A stretch of DNA of 64,000 nucleotides from a candidate division FCPU426 bacterium (GTDB taxonomy: Bacteria; Oederibacteriota; Muellerivitia; Muellerivitales; Muellerivitaceae), in the NCBI GenBank assembly GCA_963796105.1, contig CAWCKJ010000002.1, forward strand, positions 352,001 through 416,000, given 5' to 3'. The translations under genes and the position numbers were made by a program. The notes beneath the pieces are model-generated. The model did not search any database. It saw nothing but the letters and a program-made list of their open reading frames with translations, and had not been told where the DNA came from. This document shows positions 29,323-39,011 of the stretch, in pieces. Numbering within the stretch: position 1 is the stretch's first letter; each line of letters begins with the position of its first letter.

Positions 29323-30012
29323 ATGCAATTGACCGTCAAAGACGTCACGAAGATCCTGAATGTCTCTGAGAAAACCATCTACCGCTGGGTCAAGGGCGGG
29401 CAAATCCCCACTTACCGTGTGGGGGAGCAATACCGCTTCAACCGCCTGGAAATCCTCGAATGGGCCACGGCGCGCCGCATTGATGTCGCCCAGGACATCG
29501 TCCTAAATGACGAGGCCAGGGAGATCAAGCTTCCTACCCTGGTGGAGGCCCTTAAAACCGGCGGCATCTTTTACCGCGTGGGTGGCCATGACCGTTCCAG
29601 CGCCCTCAAGTCCGTTGTCGAGACCCTCCGGCTTCCGGATGGAACCGACCTGAACAACCTTCTTCGCATCTTCATCGCCAGGGAAGAGCTGGCCACGACC
29701 GCTACAGGCGACGGCATCGCGATCCCGCACGTGAGAACCCCGGTCATCCTCCATATAGAGACGCCCCAACTCGCCCTATGTTTTCTTGAGAAGCCGGTGG
29801 ACTTCGCGGCGCTGGACGGAATACCTGTTTACGCCCTCTTCACCCTGATCTGCCCGACGATCAAGTCGCACCTTCACCTGCTATCCCGGCTCGCCTTCGC
29901 CTTGCGCGACCCCGCCTTCAAGGAGGCGGTCATGAAGAGGTCGCTGAAGGAGGAAATCCTGGCCCAAGCCGCCAGGGTTGAGGAGAATTTAACCCCGAAA
30001 GCAAAACCATGA
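29323..30012 (+). CDS. Excisionase-type HTH fused to PTS EIIA (Ntr/Fru-type) domain
   Basis: LTVKDVTKILNVSEKTIYRWVK..IP.YRVGEQYRF; RE...TTATGDGIAIPH phospho-His motif. Confidence 0.9.
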   Translation: MQLTVKDVTKILNVSEKTIYRWVKGGQIPTYRVGEQYRFNRLEILEWATARRIDVAQDIVLNDEAREIKLPTLVEALKTGGIFYRVGGHDRSSALKSVVETLRLPDGTDLNNLLRIFIAREELATTATGDGIAIPHVRTPVILHIETPQLALCFLEKPVDFAALDGIPVYALFTLICPTIKSHLHLLSRLAFALRDPAFKEAVMKRSLKEEILAQAARVEENLTPKAKP

Positions 30013-31979
30013 CGCTGTTCCTCTCGGGAATAGCATTGCTGGCGGTAAGCGCCCTGGCCGCACTACTTTCGGGACGTTCCGCTAAGGTTTCCACTCTTCT
30101 TGGCGCGGGCGGGGCGGCGGCAGGCTGCGCTTTGGCTTTGATCCCGGCGGTCATGGGTCTTCTTGGCGCGCCCGATTCCATTCGGTTTCCCTGGGGACTT
30201 CCCGGCGGTTCCTTTTACGCGGAGATCGACCCCCTTTCAGCCTTCTTTCTTGTTCCCATCCTCGGACTCTCGCTGGTCTCGGCAATCTATGGAAGCCAAT
30301 ACATGATGGCTTTTGCCGGAAAGAAATCCCTCGGCGCAAGCTGGTTCTTCTACAACTTCCTGGTCGCGGGAATGGCCATGGCGGTCGTGGCCCGTAACGC
30401 GGTACTTTTTCTGGTGGCTTGGGAAGTGATGGCCCTGGCGTCCTTTTTCCTCGTCACCTTCGAGAATGAGAAACCGGAGGCGCGCGAGGCGGGATGGATC
30501 TACCTGGTGGCCACCCATATCGGGACAGCGTTCCTCTTGGTTTTCTTCCTGCTGGGCGGAGGGGAATCGCTTGACTTCGATAAATTCTCCGCCGGAAACC
30601 AGCCTGGCCTTCTCTTCATCCTGGCCGTCGTGGGTTTCGGTACCAAGGCAGGTTTCATGCCCCTTCATGTCTGGCTTCCCGAGGCGCACCCGGCCGCCCC
30701 CAGCCACGTGTCGGCGGTCATGTCAGGCGTCATGATCAAGACGGGAATCTACGGCATCCTGCGGGCCTTGACCCTCCTGGGACAGCCGCCAGCCTGGTGG
30801 GGCTGGGTGCTGGTGGCGATTGGCTTCTCCTCGGGAATTTTGGGGGTCCTATTCGCCCTGGCCCAGCATGACCTGAAGCGCCTATTGGCCTACCACAGCG
30901 TGGAAAATATCGGCATCATCACCCTCGGCCTCGGGGCCGGGATGCTCGGGGTCAGCTACCACTCGCCGGTTCTCGCGGTCCTGGGTTTCGGGGGAGGGCT
31001 TCTGCACGTCGTGAACCACGCCCTGTTCAAGGGACTCTTGTTCCTGGGGGCGGGGGCTGTCGCCCATGGGACGGGAACCAGGGAAATAGACCGGCTGGGG
31101 GGCCTGCTGAAACGCATGCCCTGGACCGGAACCACCTTCCTCGCGGGAGCGGCCGCCATCTCGGGACTGCCCCCCTTCAACGGATTCATCAGCGAGTTCC
31201 TTATCTATATGGGAGGCTTTGGGGCCATCCAGGGAATGCCGGTGGAATGCGTCTTGGGAATCATCGTCATCGGGTCACTGGCCTTGATCGGGGGACTGGC
31301 AGCGGCTTGTTTCGCCAAGGCCTTCGGCATTGTCTTCCTGGGGGAGCCCCGGGCGCCTGAGGCATCGAGCGCCCATGAGGCTGGATGGTGGATGAGACTG
31401 CCCATGCTATTGCTCGCCCTCGCCTGCCTCGGCATAGGGCTTTCGGGCGGATATGTCCTGAGGATTTTGGGACCTACCATCACCCAAGTATCGGGTTATC
31501 CCGCCGCAATGACCGCCGGGCACCTTTCCTCCACTTCTTCACTACTGACCCTCCTTTCGGCAGGGGCAGGATGCCTCCTCGGGCTAATCCTCATCCTGGC
31601 CTGGCTGAGAAAAGCCCTCCTTCACGGCGGCGAAATCGGGAGCGCCGTGACCTGGGACTGCGGTTACGCGAGGCCCTCGGCCACGATGCAATATACCGCA
31701 TCCTCTTTCGCCCAACCCCTCGTCACCCTCTTTGGTTTCCTGCTCCGAGTGAAAAGGAAAGCCGCGCCGGTGGAGGGATTGTTTCCCCAAAAAACCGCCT
31801 TCTCGACGCACTCCGAGGACCCGGCCCACCAGGAAATGTACCGGCCCCTCTTTCTTTGGCTGGAGCGTACAGCTAACCGCTTGAAAGTGATCCAGCACGG
31901 AAGGCTCAACCTCTATCTTCTCAACGTGGTCCTGACCCTCTTGGCCCTTCTTCTTTGGGAGTTCCTATGGCCCTCCTAA
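30009..31979 (+). CDS. hyfB: Ehr/Hyf antiporter-like membrane subunit (HyfB-like)
   Basis: FLVAWEVM, GFGTKAG..PLHVWLPEAHPAAPSHVSA, LKRLLAYHSVENIG, NHALFKGLLFL, TWDCGY. Confidence 0.9.
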   Translation: MTLFLSGIALLAVSALAALLSGRSAKVSTLLGAGGAAAGCALALIPAVMGLLGAPDSIRFPWGLPGGSFYAEIDPLSAFFLVPILGLSLVSAIYGSQYMMAFAGKKSLGASWFFYNFLVAGMAMAVVARNAVLFLVAWEVMALASFFLVTFENEKPEAREAGWIYLVATHIGTAFLLVFFLLGGGESLDFDKFSAGNQPGLLFILAVVGFGTKAGFMPLHVWLPEAHPAAPSHVSAVMSGVMIKTGIYGILRALTLLGQPPAWWGWVLVAIGFSSGILGVLFALAQHDLKRLLAYHSVENIGIITLGLGAGMLGVSYHSPVLAVLGFGGGLLHVVNHALFKGLLFLGAGAVAHGTGTREIDRLGGLLKRMPWTGTTFLAGAAAISGLPPFNGFISEFLIYMGGFGAIQGMPVECVLGIIVIGSLALIGGLAAACFAKAFGIVFLGEPRAPEASSAHEAGWWMRLPMLLLALACLGIGLSGGYVLRILGPTITQVSGYPAAMTAGHLSSTSSLLTLLSAGAGCLLGLILILAWLRKALLHGGEIGSAVTWDCGYARPSATMQYTASSFAQPLVTLFGFLLRVKRKAAPVEGLFPQKTAFSTHSEDPAHQEMYRPLFLWLERTANRLKVIQHGRLNLYLLNVVLTLLALLLWEFLWPS

Positions 31980-32863
31980 GCGCCCTCATCCTGTCCCCGT
32001 TTCTTTTGGGGGTAATCAACCGCACCAAGGCCAAATTTGCCGGGCGCAAGGGCCGGCCCCTTCTTCAGGCCTACTATGACATCGCTAAACTTTTACGCAA
32101 AGGCGCGGTTTACAGCAGGAGCACTACCTGGGTTTTCCGGGCGGGACCCATCGTTGGCTTGGCCTGCGTGCTGACGGCTTTTATTCTGGTGCCATTCGGG
32201 GGAAGTCCCGCCCTGCTGGCATTCCCCATGGACCTTATTCTTTTCGCCTACCTTCTGGGACTCGGCCGCTTTTTCACGGTGCTGGCGGCGCTCGACACGG
32301 CCTCGAGTTTCGAGGGGATGGGAGCCAGCAGGGAAGTGACCTTTTCCGCCCTGGCGGAACCAGCCCTGCTTCTGGCCCTAGCGGTCGTCGTCAGGGGGAC
32401 GGGTGAAATGTCCTTATCCGGCATGTTCGGGGGTTTGAGTTTCGCGTCCTGGGCCGCGACTCCTGCCCCTATGACGCTCGCCTGCGCCGCGCTTTTCGTG
32501 GTGTTGTTGGCGGAGAACGCCCGTATCCCGGTGGATGACCCCGAGACCCACCTGGAACTCACCATGGTGCATGAGGTGATGGTTCTGGACCACAGCGGTC
32601 CCGACTTGGCCTATATCCAATACACGGCGGCGCTCAAATTTTGGATCTTGGGATCGCTCCTGGTGGGAATGATCCTTCCCACCCACGGCTTGAGTTCCTG
32701 GGAATGCCTGGGAATTTCCACCGTTGGGTTAATTGTTCTTTCGGTGGCGGTCGGGATCGTCGAGTCCTTCATGGCGCGATTGAGGCTTTTGGTGGTGCCG
32801 CGTCTTCTATTGGGCGCGGCGGCCTGTTCCCTGGTGGCCCTGCTCTTGGCGGTGTGGTCATGA
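31967..32863 (+). CDS. hyfC: Ehr/Hyf membrane subunit (HyfC/NuoH-like)
   Basis: GRKGRPLLQAYYDIAKLL, SFEGMGASRE, AENARIPVDDP.THLELTMVHE. Confidence 0.9.
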   Translation: MALLSALILSPFLLGVINRTKAKFAGRKGRPLLQAYYDIAKLLRKGAVYSRSTTWVFRAGPIVGLACVLTAFILVPFGGSPALLAFPMDLILFAYLLGLGRFFTVLAALDTASSFEGMGASREVTFSALAEPALLLALAVVVRGTGEMSLSGMFGGLSFASWAATPAPMTLACAALFVVLLAENARIPVDDPETHLELTMVHEVMVLDHSGPDLAYIQYTAALKFWILGSLLVGMILPTHGLSSWECLGISTVGLIVLSVAVGIVESFMARLRLLVVPRLLLGAAACSLVALLLAVWS

Positions 32864-33489
32864 ACAGCATTCTCGCGGCTGACATGGCCATTGTTCTCAT
32901 CACCACCCTCATCATCTTGGGCTCCGGCCGTCTTGTCTTCTGCATCCGCCTGGTCGCGGTTCAAGGCATGGCCATCAGCCTCCTGCCCCTGGCTTCCCCT
33001 GACAACGCCTGGCTTTTCACGCTAGGCACTTTTGCCATCAAGGGAATCCTCCTGCCCTGGTTCCTTTTGAGGGCTAGGCGCCAAGCCGACGTCTATCGGG
33101 AGGAAAAGCCCATCGTGGGATTCGGGACCTCCCTGGCTGTGGGCGTCTTGATGCTGGCAGTCTCCTTCACGCTGGGAGCGCGACTGCCCCTGCCGGTTAC
33201 GACCCTCCCCGCGCTGGTGGTGCCTGCCGCTTTTTTCAATTTGTTCTCCGGACTTTTCCTGATCATCGGGCGGCGCACGGCCCTCGCCCAGGTTCTTGGC
33301 TACCTGGTCATGGAGAACGGAATCTACGCCTTCGGGATGACCTTCGTCAACCGGCAGTCGATCCTGGTGGAACTGGGGGTCCTCCTCGACCTAGCCGTGG
33401 GCGTTTTCGTGATGGTTCTACTCGTATTCCATATCAGCCGGCAGTTCGAGCATACCGACGTGGACAAGCTGAACCACTTGAAGGGATGA
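32860..33489 (+). CDS. hyfE: Ehr/Hyf membrane subunit (HyfE-like)
   Basis: IKGILLPWFL, QVLGYLVMENGI, ELGVLLD; ATGA overlap with the preceding gene. Confidence 0.88.
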   Translation: MNSILAADMAIVLITTLIILGSGRLVFCIRLVAVQGMAISLLPLASPDNAWLFTLGTFAIKGILLPWFLLRARRQADVYREEKPIVGFGTSLAVGVLMLAVSFTLGARLPLPVTTLPALVVPAAFFNLFSGLFLIIGRRTALAQVLGYLVMENGIYAFGMTFVNRQSILVELGVLLDLAVGVFVMVLLVFHISRQFEHTDVDKLNHLKG

Positions 33490-33495
33490 CGCGTG

Positions 33496-34977
33496 ATGGA
33501 TTTTAACGGCTTTATCTGGGTACTCCTGGCCCTACCGGCCCTTGCGGGAGCCCTTTGCCTTCTTTTGGGCTCGGCACGGAAAATCCTGGCGGTGGTGGCT
33601 GCCGCGGGATTGCTCTGGGCCGCGCTGGTTTCCTTGACGGCCTGGGCCGCGCTGGATTCCGGGCCCCTGGAGACTGCGAGCCGATGGCTGAGGCTGGACG
33701 CCCTCTCCGCCTACCACGCCATGGTCTTGGCCCTGGTTTTCGGGGCCGGCTCCATTTTCTCATGGGGATATTTCGGGACGGAAATAGCCTCGGGGAAATT
33801 GCGCCTGAGCGAGGCCAGGAAATTCGGCGTCTGCTGGTTCGGCGCCGGGGGCGCCATGGTCTTCGTGCTTCTTTGCAATAACATGGGGTTGATGTGGGTG
33901 GGAATCGAGGCTACCACCCTCCTGACCGCATTCCTGATCTGCGTGCACGTGAACTCCCTCTCGCTGGAGGCCACCTGGAAATATCTGCTGGTCTGCTCCG
34001 TGGGCGTGGCTTTCGCCTTTGTGGGAACCCTTCTGATCGGGGTCGCCTCGCAGGGAGCAAACCTGGCCCCTCCCGGGACGCTTCTCTGGACGAAACTGAA
34101 CGCTTCAGCCGGTCTGCTCAATCCCAAAACCATGAAACTAGCTTTTCTTTTCCTTTTCGTGGGTTACGGCACCAAGGCGGGGCTTGTTCCCCTGCACAGC
34201 TGGCTTCCGGACGCGCACAGCCAGGCTCCCGCGCCCGTGTCGGCGCTTTTCTCGGGCTTCATGCTCAACGCCGCTCTTTACTGCGTCATGCGCTGCCTTT
34301 CACTGGTGGAGTGCGCGCCCGGGGCGGAGGGGTGGGGAAGGGGATTGATGGAATTTTTCGGGATCGCCTCGATCCTGGTGGCGGCGGGATTCATCTTCCT
34401 CCAGAACGACGGCAAACGCCTTCTGGCCTACTCAAGCATCGAGCACATTGGAATCATCAGCTTGGGGTTGGGGATCGGGGGTCTGGGGACTTTCGCGGCC
34501 CTTTGGCACGTCTTGAACCACTCCCTCGGCAAGGCCCTGGCCTTTTTCTCCATGGGAAAACTCGGCCAGGTTTACGGCACCCACAACCTAAAACAAATCG
34601 CGGGGACCCTGAGGCGCTCGAAAATCTGGGGAATGGGTTTCGCCGGGTGGCTTCTCGCCCTGATCGGGACCGCGCCCTTCGCAATTTTCATGAGCGAGTT
34701 CCTGATCCTGCGCTCGGCGGTCCAGGCCAAAAAATATTTGGTGGTTGTTCTTTTCCTGACCGGAATCATGACGGTATTCGTAGGCGCCTTGCGCCATGTG
34801 ATCAATCCTGCCTGGGATAAAGCGGCGGAAGAGCCAAAACCGGAAAAAGCCGATATGCCGGGCCTGGTGATTGTCTTCTTTGGTTTGGGAGCGCTCCTGT
34901 TGTTGGGCTTTTGGATGCCAGAATGTTTGCGGGAAACCCTCGAGGCGGCTGTGAAGGTGCTGGGAGGGAAACCATGA
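33496..34977 (+). CDS. hyfF: Ehr/Hyf antiporter-like subunit (HyfF-like)
   Basis: MWVGIEATTL, SLEATWKY, GYGTKAGL.PLHSWLPDAHSQAP, KRLLAYSSIEH. Confidence 0.9.
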   Translation: MDFNGFIWVLLALPALAGALCLLLGSARKILAVVAAAGLLWAALVSLTAWAALDSGPLETASRWLRLDALSAYHAMVLALVFGAGSIFSWGYFGTEIASGKLRLSEARKFGVCWFGAGGAMVFVLLCNNMGLMWVGIEATTLLTAFLICVHVNSLSLEATWKYLLVCSVGVAFAFVGTLLIGVASQGANLAPPGTLLWTKLNASAGLLNPKTMKLAFLFLFVGYGTKAGLVPLHSWLPDAHSQAPAPVSALFSGFMLNAALYCVMRCLSLVECAPGAEGWGRGLMEFFGIASILVAAGFIFLQNDGKRLLAYSSIEHIGIISLGLGIGGLGTFAALWHVLNHSLGKALAFFSMGKLGQVYGTHNLKQIAGTLRRSKIWGMGFAGWLLALIGTAPFAIFMSEFLILRSAVQAKKYLVVVLFLTGIMTVFVGALRHVINPAWDKAAEEPKPEKADMPGLVIVFFGLGALLLLGFWMPECLRETLEAAVKVLGGKP

Positions 34978-36446
34978 ACGTCGAACCTTTACGCCTCTTC
35001 AATGGAAAGGCCTCGTCCCTTCGAGAATTACCGGTTTTGCCTGTTGAAAAATTCCGTGAATTCGTCATAGCGGGTGTTAAAGCCGGGGGAAGGATTGCCG
35101 CGCTTTTTGGAATGCCCTTGTCCGGAAGGAGAATCGAAATTTTGGCGGTTCTCGCGCGGGATAACAAGGCAGACCTTTTGGCCGCAACCACGGAGGTTGT
35201 GGATTCATATCCCTCCCTGACGCCGGATTGCCCCGAGGCCCATTTGTTCGAGAGAGAAATTTGGGAACAGACAGGATTGTTTCCGGAAGGCCACCTCTGG
35301 CTCAAGCCGGTTCGGTTTTATAAGGGCGGGGCAGGGATCACCGATTTCTACCGGGTCGAGGGAGGGGAAACCCATGAGGTCGCCGTGGGGCCCGTCCACG
35401 CGGGGATCATCGAGCCGGGACATTTTCGCTTCCAATGCCACGGGGAAGAGGTCTTGAACCTGGAAATTTCCCTCGGCTACCAGCACCGGGGAGTCGAAAG
35501 GGCACTCCTGGGAGGTCCCGACAAGAGGACTAATCACTATATGGAGACCCTGGCGGGGGATACCACCATTGGACATTCCACGGCCTATGCCATGGCGGTG
35601 GAAGCTCTGGGGGGAGTGGAACCTTCCGCCCGCGCCGAGGCCTTGAGGGCTATCGCTCTTGAATTGGAACGGCTCGCTAACCACACGGGCGACCTGGGGG
35701 CCTTGGCTGGCGACGTGGGATACCTGCCCACCGCCTCCTATTGCGGGCGCCTCCGGGGGGATTACCTCAACCTGACGGCGCTTCTCTGCGGGAACCGTTT
35801 CGGGCGTGGAATCGTGAGGCCCGGCGGGGTTGCTTTCGACCTGGACCGGGATCGGGCCGAGAAGATGGCGGAAAAACTCCGGCAAACACTCAAGGACACC
35901 CAAGACGCAGTCAACCTTTTATGGGTCACCCCCTCGGTCCTGGACCGTTTCGAGGGTACCGGCGTTGTCCCAAGGGAAACCTGCGTGGCACTCGGGCTTG
36001 TCGGGCCAGCCGCCCGGGCCTGCGGTTTGGAGAGGGATGTCCGCTATAACCATCCCTTCGGCATTTATCGCTTCGCCCATATTCCGGTCTCGACCTGGCC
36101 AAGCGGGGACGTCTATGGCAGGGCCCAGGTGAGGGGCTTGGAAATCCATAGGTCGGCGGGATATCTTCAAGAACAGTTGAAATCCCTTCCGGAAGGGGAC
36201 TTGAGGGCAGGCGTGGGGGAACTTGACTGTGACTCCATCGTTGTATCGCTGGTGGAGGGATGGCGCGGGGAGATCTGCCACGCGGTTGTGACGGGGCCTG
36301 ATGGGAATTTCAAGGCCTACAAGGTCTTCGACCCCTCGTTCCACAACTGGATGGGTTTAAGCCTGGCGCTTCGGGGCCAGGAGATTTCGGATTTCCCGCT
36401 TTGTAACAAGAGCTTCAACCTCTCGTACTGCGGGCATGATCTTTAA
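34974..36446 (+). CDS. ehrL: Ehr large subunit (HyfG/NuoCD-like) lacking NiFe-binding CxxC motifs
   Basis: GPVHAGIIEPGHFRF, LGYQHRG, EGWRGE, DPSFHNW; ETLAGD where RxCGxC is expected; C-terminus NKSFNLSYCGHDL. Confidence 0.88.
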   Translation: MNVEPLRLFNGKASSLRELPVLPVEKFREFVIAGVKAGGRIAALFGMPLSGRRIEILAVLARDNKADLLAATTEVVDSYPSLTPDCPEAHLFEREIWEQTGLFPEGHLWLKPVRFYKGGAGITDFYRVEGGETHEVAVGPVHAGIIEPGHFRFQCHGEEVLNLEISLGYQHRGVERALLGGPDKRTNHYMETLAGDTTIGHSTAYAMAVEALGGVEPSARAEALRAIALELERLANHTGDLGALAGDVGYLPTASYCGRLRGDYLNLTALLCGNRFGRGIVRPGGVAFDLDRDRAEKMAEKLRQTLKDTQDAVNLLWVTPSVLDRFEGTGVVPRETCVALGLVGPAARACGLERDVRYNHPFGIYRFAHIPVSTWPSGDVYGRAQVRGLEIHRSAGYLQEQLKSLPEGDLRAGVGELDCDSIVVSLVEGWRGEICHAVVTGPDGNFKAYKVFDPSFHNWMGLSLALRGQEISDFPLCNKSFNLSYCGHDL

Positions 36447-36459
36447 CGGGGGTACTAAG

Positions 36460-36798
36460 ATGAGGACGGTATTCTTGCTTATAGGAAGCAACCTGTTCAT
36501 GACGATCGCCTGGTACGGGCATTTGAAATTTAAAGGCGCGCCACTGTTCAAGGTCATCGTGGTGAGCTGGTTAATCGCCTTCTTCGAGTACTGCCTCCAG
36601 GTGCCCGCAAACCGATGGGGACATGAGACCTTCACCGCGCCCCAGCTCAAGATTTTGCAAGAGGTGATCACCCTGGCGGTCTTTATCGTTTTCTCGATCC
36701 TTTACCTGGGGGAAATGCCCAGGTGGAACCACTGGGTGGCCATGATGCTCATTTTCTGCGCGGTGGCTGTGGCCTTCTGGCCAGCCTTAAATAATTAA
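36460..36798 (+). CDS. Small DMT-superfamily membrane protein (DUF486-like)
   Basis: SNLFMTIAWYGHLK...SWLIAFFEYCLQVPANRWG...QLKILQEVITL. Confidence 0.85.
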   Translation: MRTVFLLIGSNLFMTIAWYGHLKFKGAPLFKVIVVSWLIAFFEYCLQVPANRWGHETFTAPQLKILQEVITLAVFIVFSILYLGEMPRWNHWVAMMLIFCAVAVAFWPALNN

Positions 36799-36811
36799 AG
36801 GGGATACATAA

Positions 36812-37570
36812 ATGTTGAAAGCTTCGCTAACCCGCATCCGCCAAGGGAACAGGACGATTCAATTCCCAAACGGCTCCGTCACATTGCCGGACCGATACAG
36901 GGGAAAGCCGGTCCTGGACCCGGACAAGTGCGCCGGGGACTGCCAAAAGTGCGTGGAAGTTTGCCCTACGGACGCGATCACGCTCTTGGAAAAGGGCCCT
37001 TTTCTTGACCTTGGGCGCTGTCTTTATTGCGCGGAGTGCGCGGAGGCCTGCCCCCAGGGGGCCGTCCAGTTTACGGGGGATTACCGCATGGCGGGACGTG
37101 GAAGGGAAGACCTGGTTGTCCAAAAGGAAATGAAGCTCGCGAAGGCCCTGGACGTGGAGGGGAAAAGGATTTTCGGGAGGTCGCTCAAGCTCAGGCAGGT
37201 CAGCGCGGGGGGGTGCAACGCCTGCGAGGCGGATGTGAATGTCCTGAATACCGTGGTGTTCGACCTCGGCAGGTTCGGGGTGCAGTTCGTGGCCTCCCCC
37301 CGACACGCAGACGGCCTGCTTATCACGGGGCCAGTCACCCAAAACATGAGGGAAGCGCTCCTGAAGACTTGGGAGGCTGTCCCGGCCCCCAAGATCGTCA
37401 TCGCGGTCGGCGCCTGCGCCGTCTCAGGCGGCCCCTATTCGGGCCACCCGGAACAAATCGGCGGGGCCGATTCCATTTTGCCCGTGGACCTTTACATCCC
37501 CGGATGTCCCCCTCATCCCCTCACGATCCTGGACGGGATCCTCCGGCTGCTGGGGAAAACAAAAGTATAG
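36812..37570 (+). CDS. ehrS: Ehr small subunit: 2x[4Fe-4S] ferredoxin fused to NuoB/HyfI domain
   Basis: C...C..C...CP and CLYCAEC..ACP; GGCNACE, SPRHAD, GACA, PGCPP. Confidence 0.9.
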   Translation: MLKASLTRIRQGNRTIQFPNGSVTLPDRYRGKPVLDPDKCAGDCQKCVEVCPTDAITLLEKGPFLDLGRCLYCAECAEACPQGAVQFTGDYRMAGRGREDLVVQKEMKLAKALDVEGKRIFGRSLKLRQVSAGGCNACEADVNVLNTVVFDLGRFGVQFVASPRHADGLLITGPVTQNMREALLKTWEAVPAPKIVIAVGACAVSGGPYSGHPEQIGGADSILPVDLYIPGCPPHPLTILDGILRLLGKTKV

Positions 37571-37848
37571 AAGGCTTTGGGATTATTATTCGGGGTCTTG
37601 AAAACATCATGTTTGGAATGGTGTTTCACCTTAAAAAGCGGAAATCAGATATCCAGTATTAAATCCAAGTTTTAAACAGCCCTTAAACCTTTCTCCCCGA
37701 TTTTTTCAGCGATTGTTCATTGAGTAATGCTTTCCCCCATTACGGTGTTACAAAAAAGTAACACTCATTGTTCCACTTGGCCTTGAAATTCAACCACTCA
37801 TGACTCAAATTATGCCCAATCATATTTAGGACATAAAAGGGGAGGAAC

Positions 37849-38058
37849 CGGCACTATACCAGCCTCTTTCTAAATAAATTAAATGGAGGGCTGGCATGTA
37901 CCGATCTTCCATAAACAAACAAAGAGATCGGCACTATACCAGCCTCTTTCTAAATAAATTAAATGGAGGGCTGGCATGTACCGATCTTCCATAAACAAAC
38001 AAAGAGATCGGCACTATACCAGCCTCTTTCTAAATAAATTAAATGGAGGGCTGGCATG
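37849..38058. repeat. 80-bp tandem repeat (~2.6 copies) of two hairpins, ending at the NmrA start codon
   Basis: GCACTATACC at 37851, 37931, 38011; units identical. Confidence 0.95.
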
Positions 38059-38955
38059 CCCAAGAAAACTTTTACGGTGATGGGAGCGACGGGCCATATC
38101 GGCCACGTGGTGGTGGAAAAACTACTGGAGAAGGGTCATCAAGTTAGGGCATTAGGCAGGGACGCCAAAAAGCTTTCAGGGCTAAAAGCAAAGGGCGCAA
38201 ATACTTTTTCCATAGCCTTTGATGATGCGAAAGCCCTTACCACGGCATTCCAAGGCGCGGATGGGGTTTTCATCATGACCCCGCCTTCATATACCGAGCA
38301 GGATTTATCGGCTTATCAGGACCGGGTGGGCGAGGCGGTTATCAAGGCGCTGATTGATTCCGGGGTCAAGACCGCCGTGAACCTAAGCTCCATCGGCGGC
38401 GAACAACCCTCCGGGACAGGGCCCATCGCGGGCCTTTACCGCATGGAACAACGCCTCAACAAATTGGGGGACTTAAACGTCGTTCACTTGAGGCCTGGGC
38501 CCTTCATGGAAAACCAGTACTATTCCATTCCAGCCCTCAAAGCCCATGGCATTTTCGGTTCTACCGGCCCTGGCAACTATCCCATGCCAGCTGTCGCCAC
38601 CAAGGACATAGGGGAAAAGGCAGCGGAGTTCCTGGACGGGTTCTTTATCCATGGGAAGATCGTATTTGATTTCGCGGGCCCCAGGGAATACACCCTTACG
38701 GAGGTGACCGCCGCCCTGGGAAAGGCTATTGGAAAACCCGGCCTCGCTTACGTCCAGTTCCCCTTTGAGGACGCCAAGAAAGCCATGCTGGGAAGCGGCA
38801 TGATTCCCAAGACGGTGGATTTGATGCTGGAAATGTACAAGGCCGGCAACGAGGGAAAATTGAGAGCGACCCAGGAGATCACCCCCGAGCACAGGGGAAA
38901 GACCACGATCGAGGAATTCGCCAAGGAATTCGCGGCCGTCTATTCCCAAAGTTGA
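38056..38955 (+). CDS. NmrA-family NAD(P)-binding protein
   Basis: VMGATGHIG, AFQGADGVF, LSSIG, LRPGPFMEN, VATKDIG. Confidence 0.9.
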   Translation: MPKKTFTVMGATGHIGHVVVEKLLEKGHQVRALGRDAKKLSGLKAKGANTFSIAFDDAKALTTAFQGADGVFIMTPPSYTEQDLSAYQDRVGEAVIKALIDSGVKTAVNLSSIGGEQPSGTGPIAGLYRMEQRLNKLGDLNVVHLRPGPFMENQYYSIPALKAHGIFGSTGPGNYPMPAVATKDIGEKAAEFLDGFFIHGKIVFDFAGPREYTLTEVTAALGKAIGKPGLAYVQFPFEDAKKAMLGSGMIPKTVDLMLEMYKAGNEGKLRATQEITPEHRGKTTIEEFAKEFAAVYSQS

Positions 38956-39011
38956 GACTCGTAGATGCGGCGTGAACTTAAAAGGAAACCAATCTAACGT
39001 GAGCGTGGGAA

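Noticed and set aside
34974..36446. Group 4 [NiFe]-hydrogenase
   Set aside because: Both CxxC metal-binding motifs are absent and no hyp genes are nearby
37849..38058. Mini CRISPR array (50-bp repeat plus 30-bp spacer)
   Set aside because: The two 'spacers' are identical and themselves hairpins of the same family; unrelated to the CRISPR repeat
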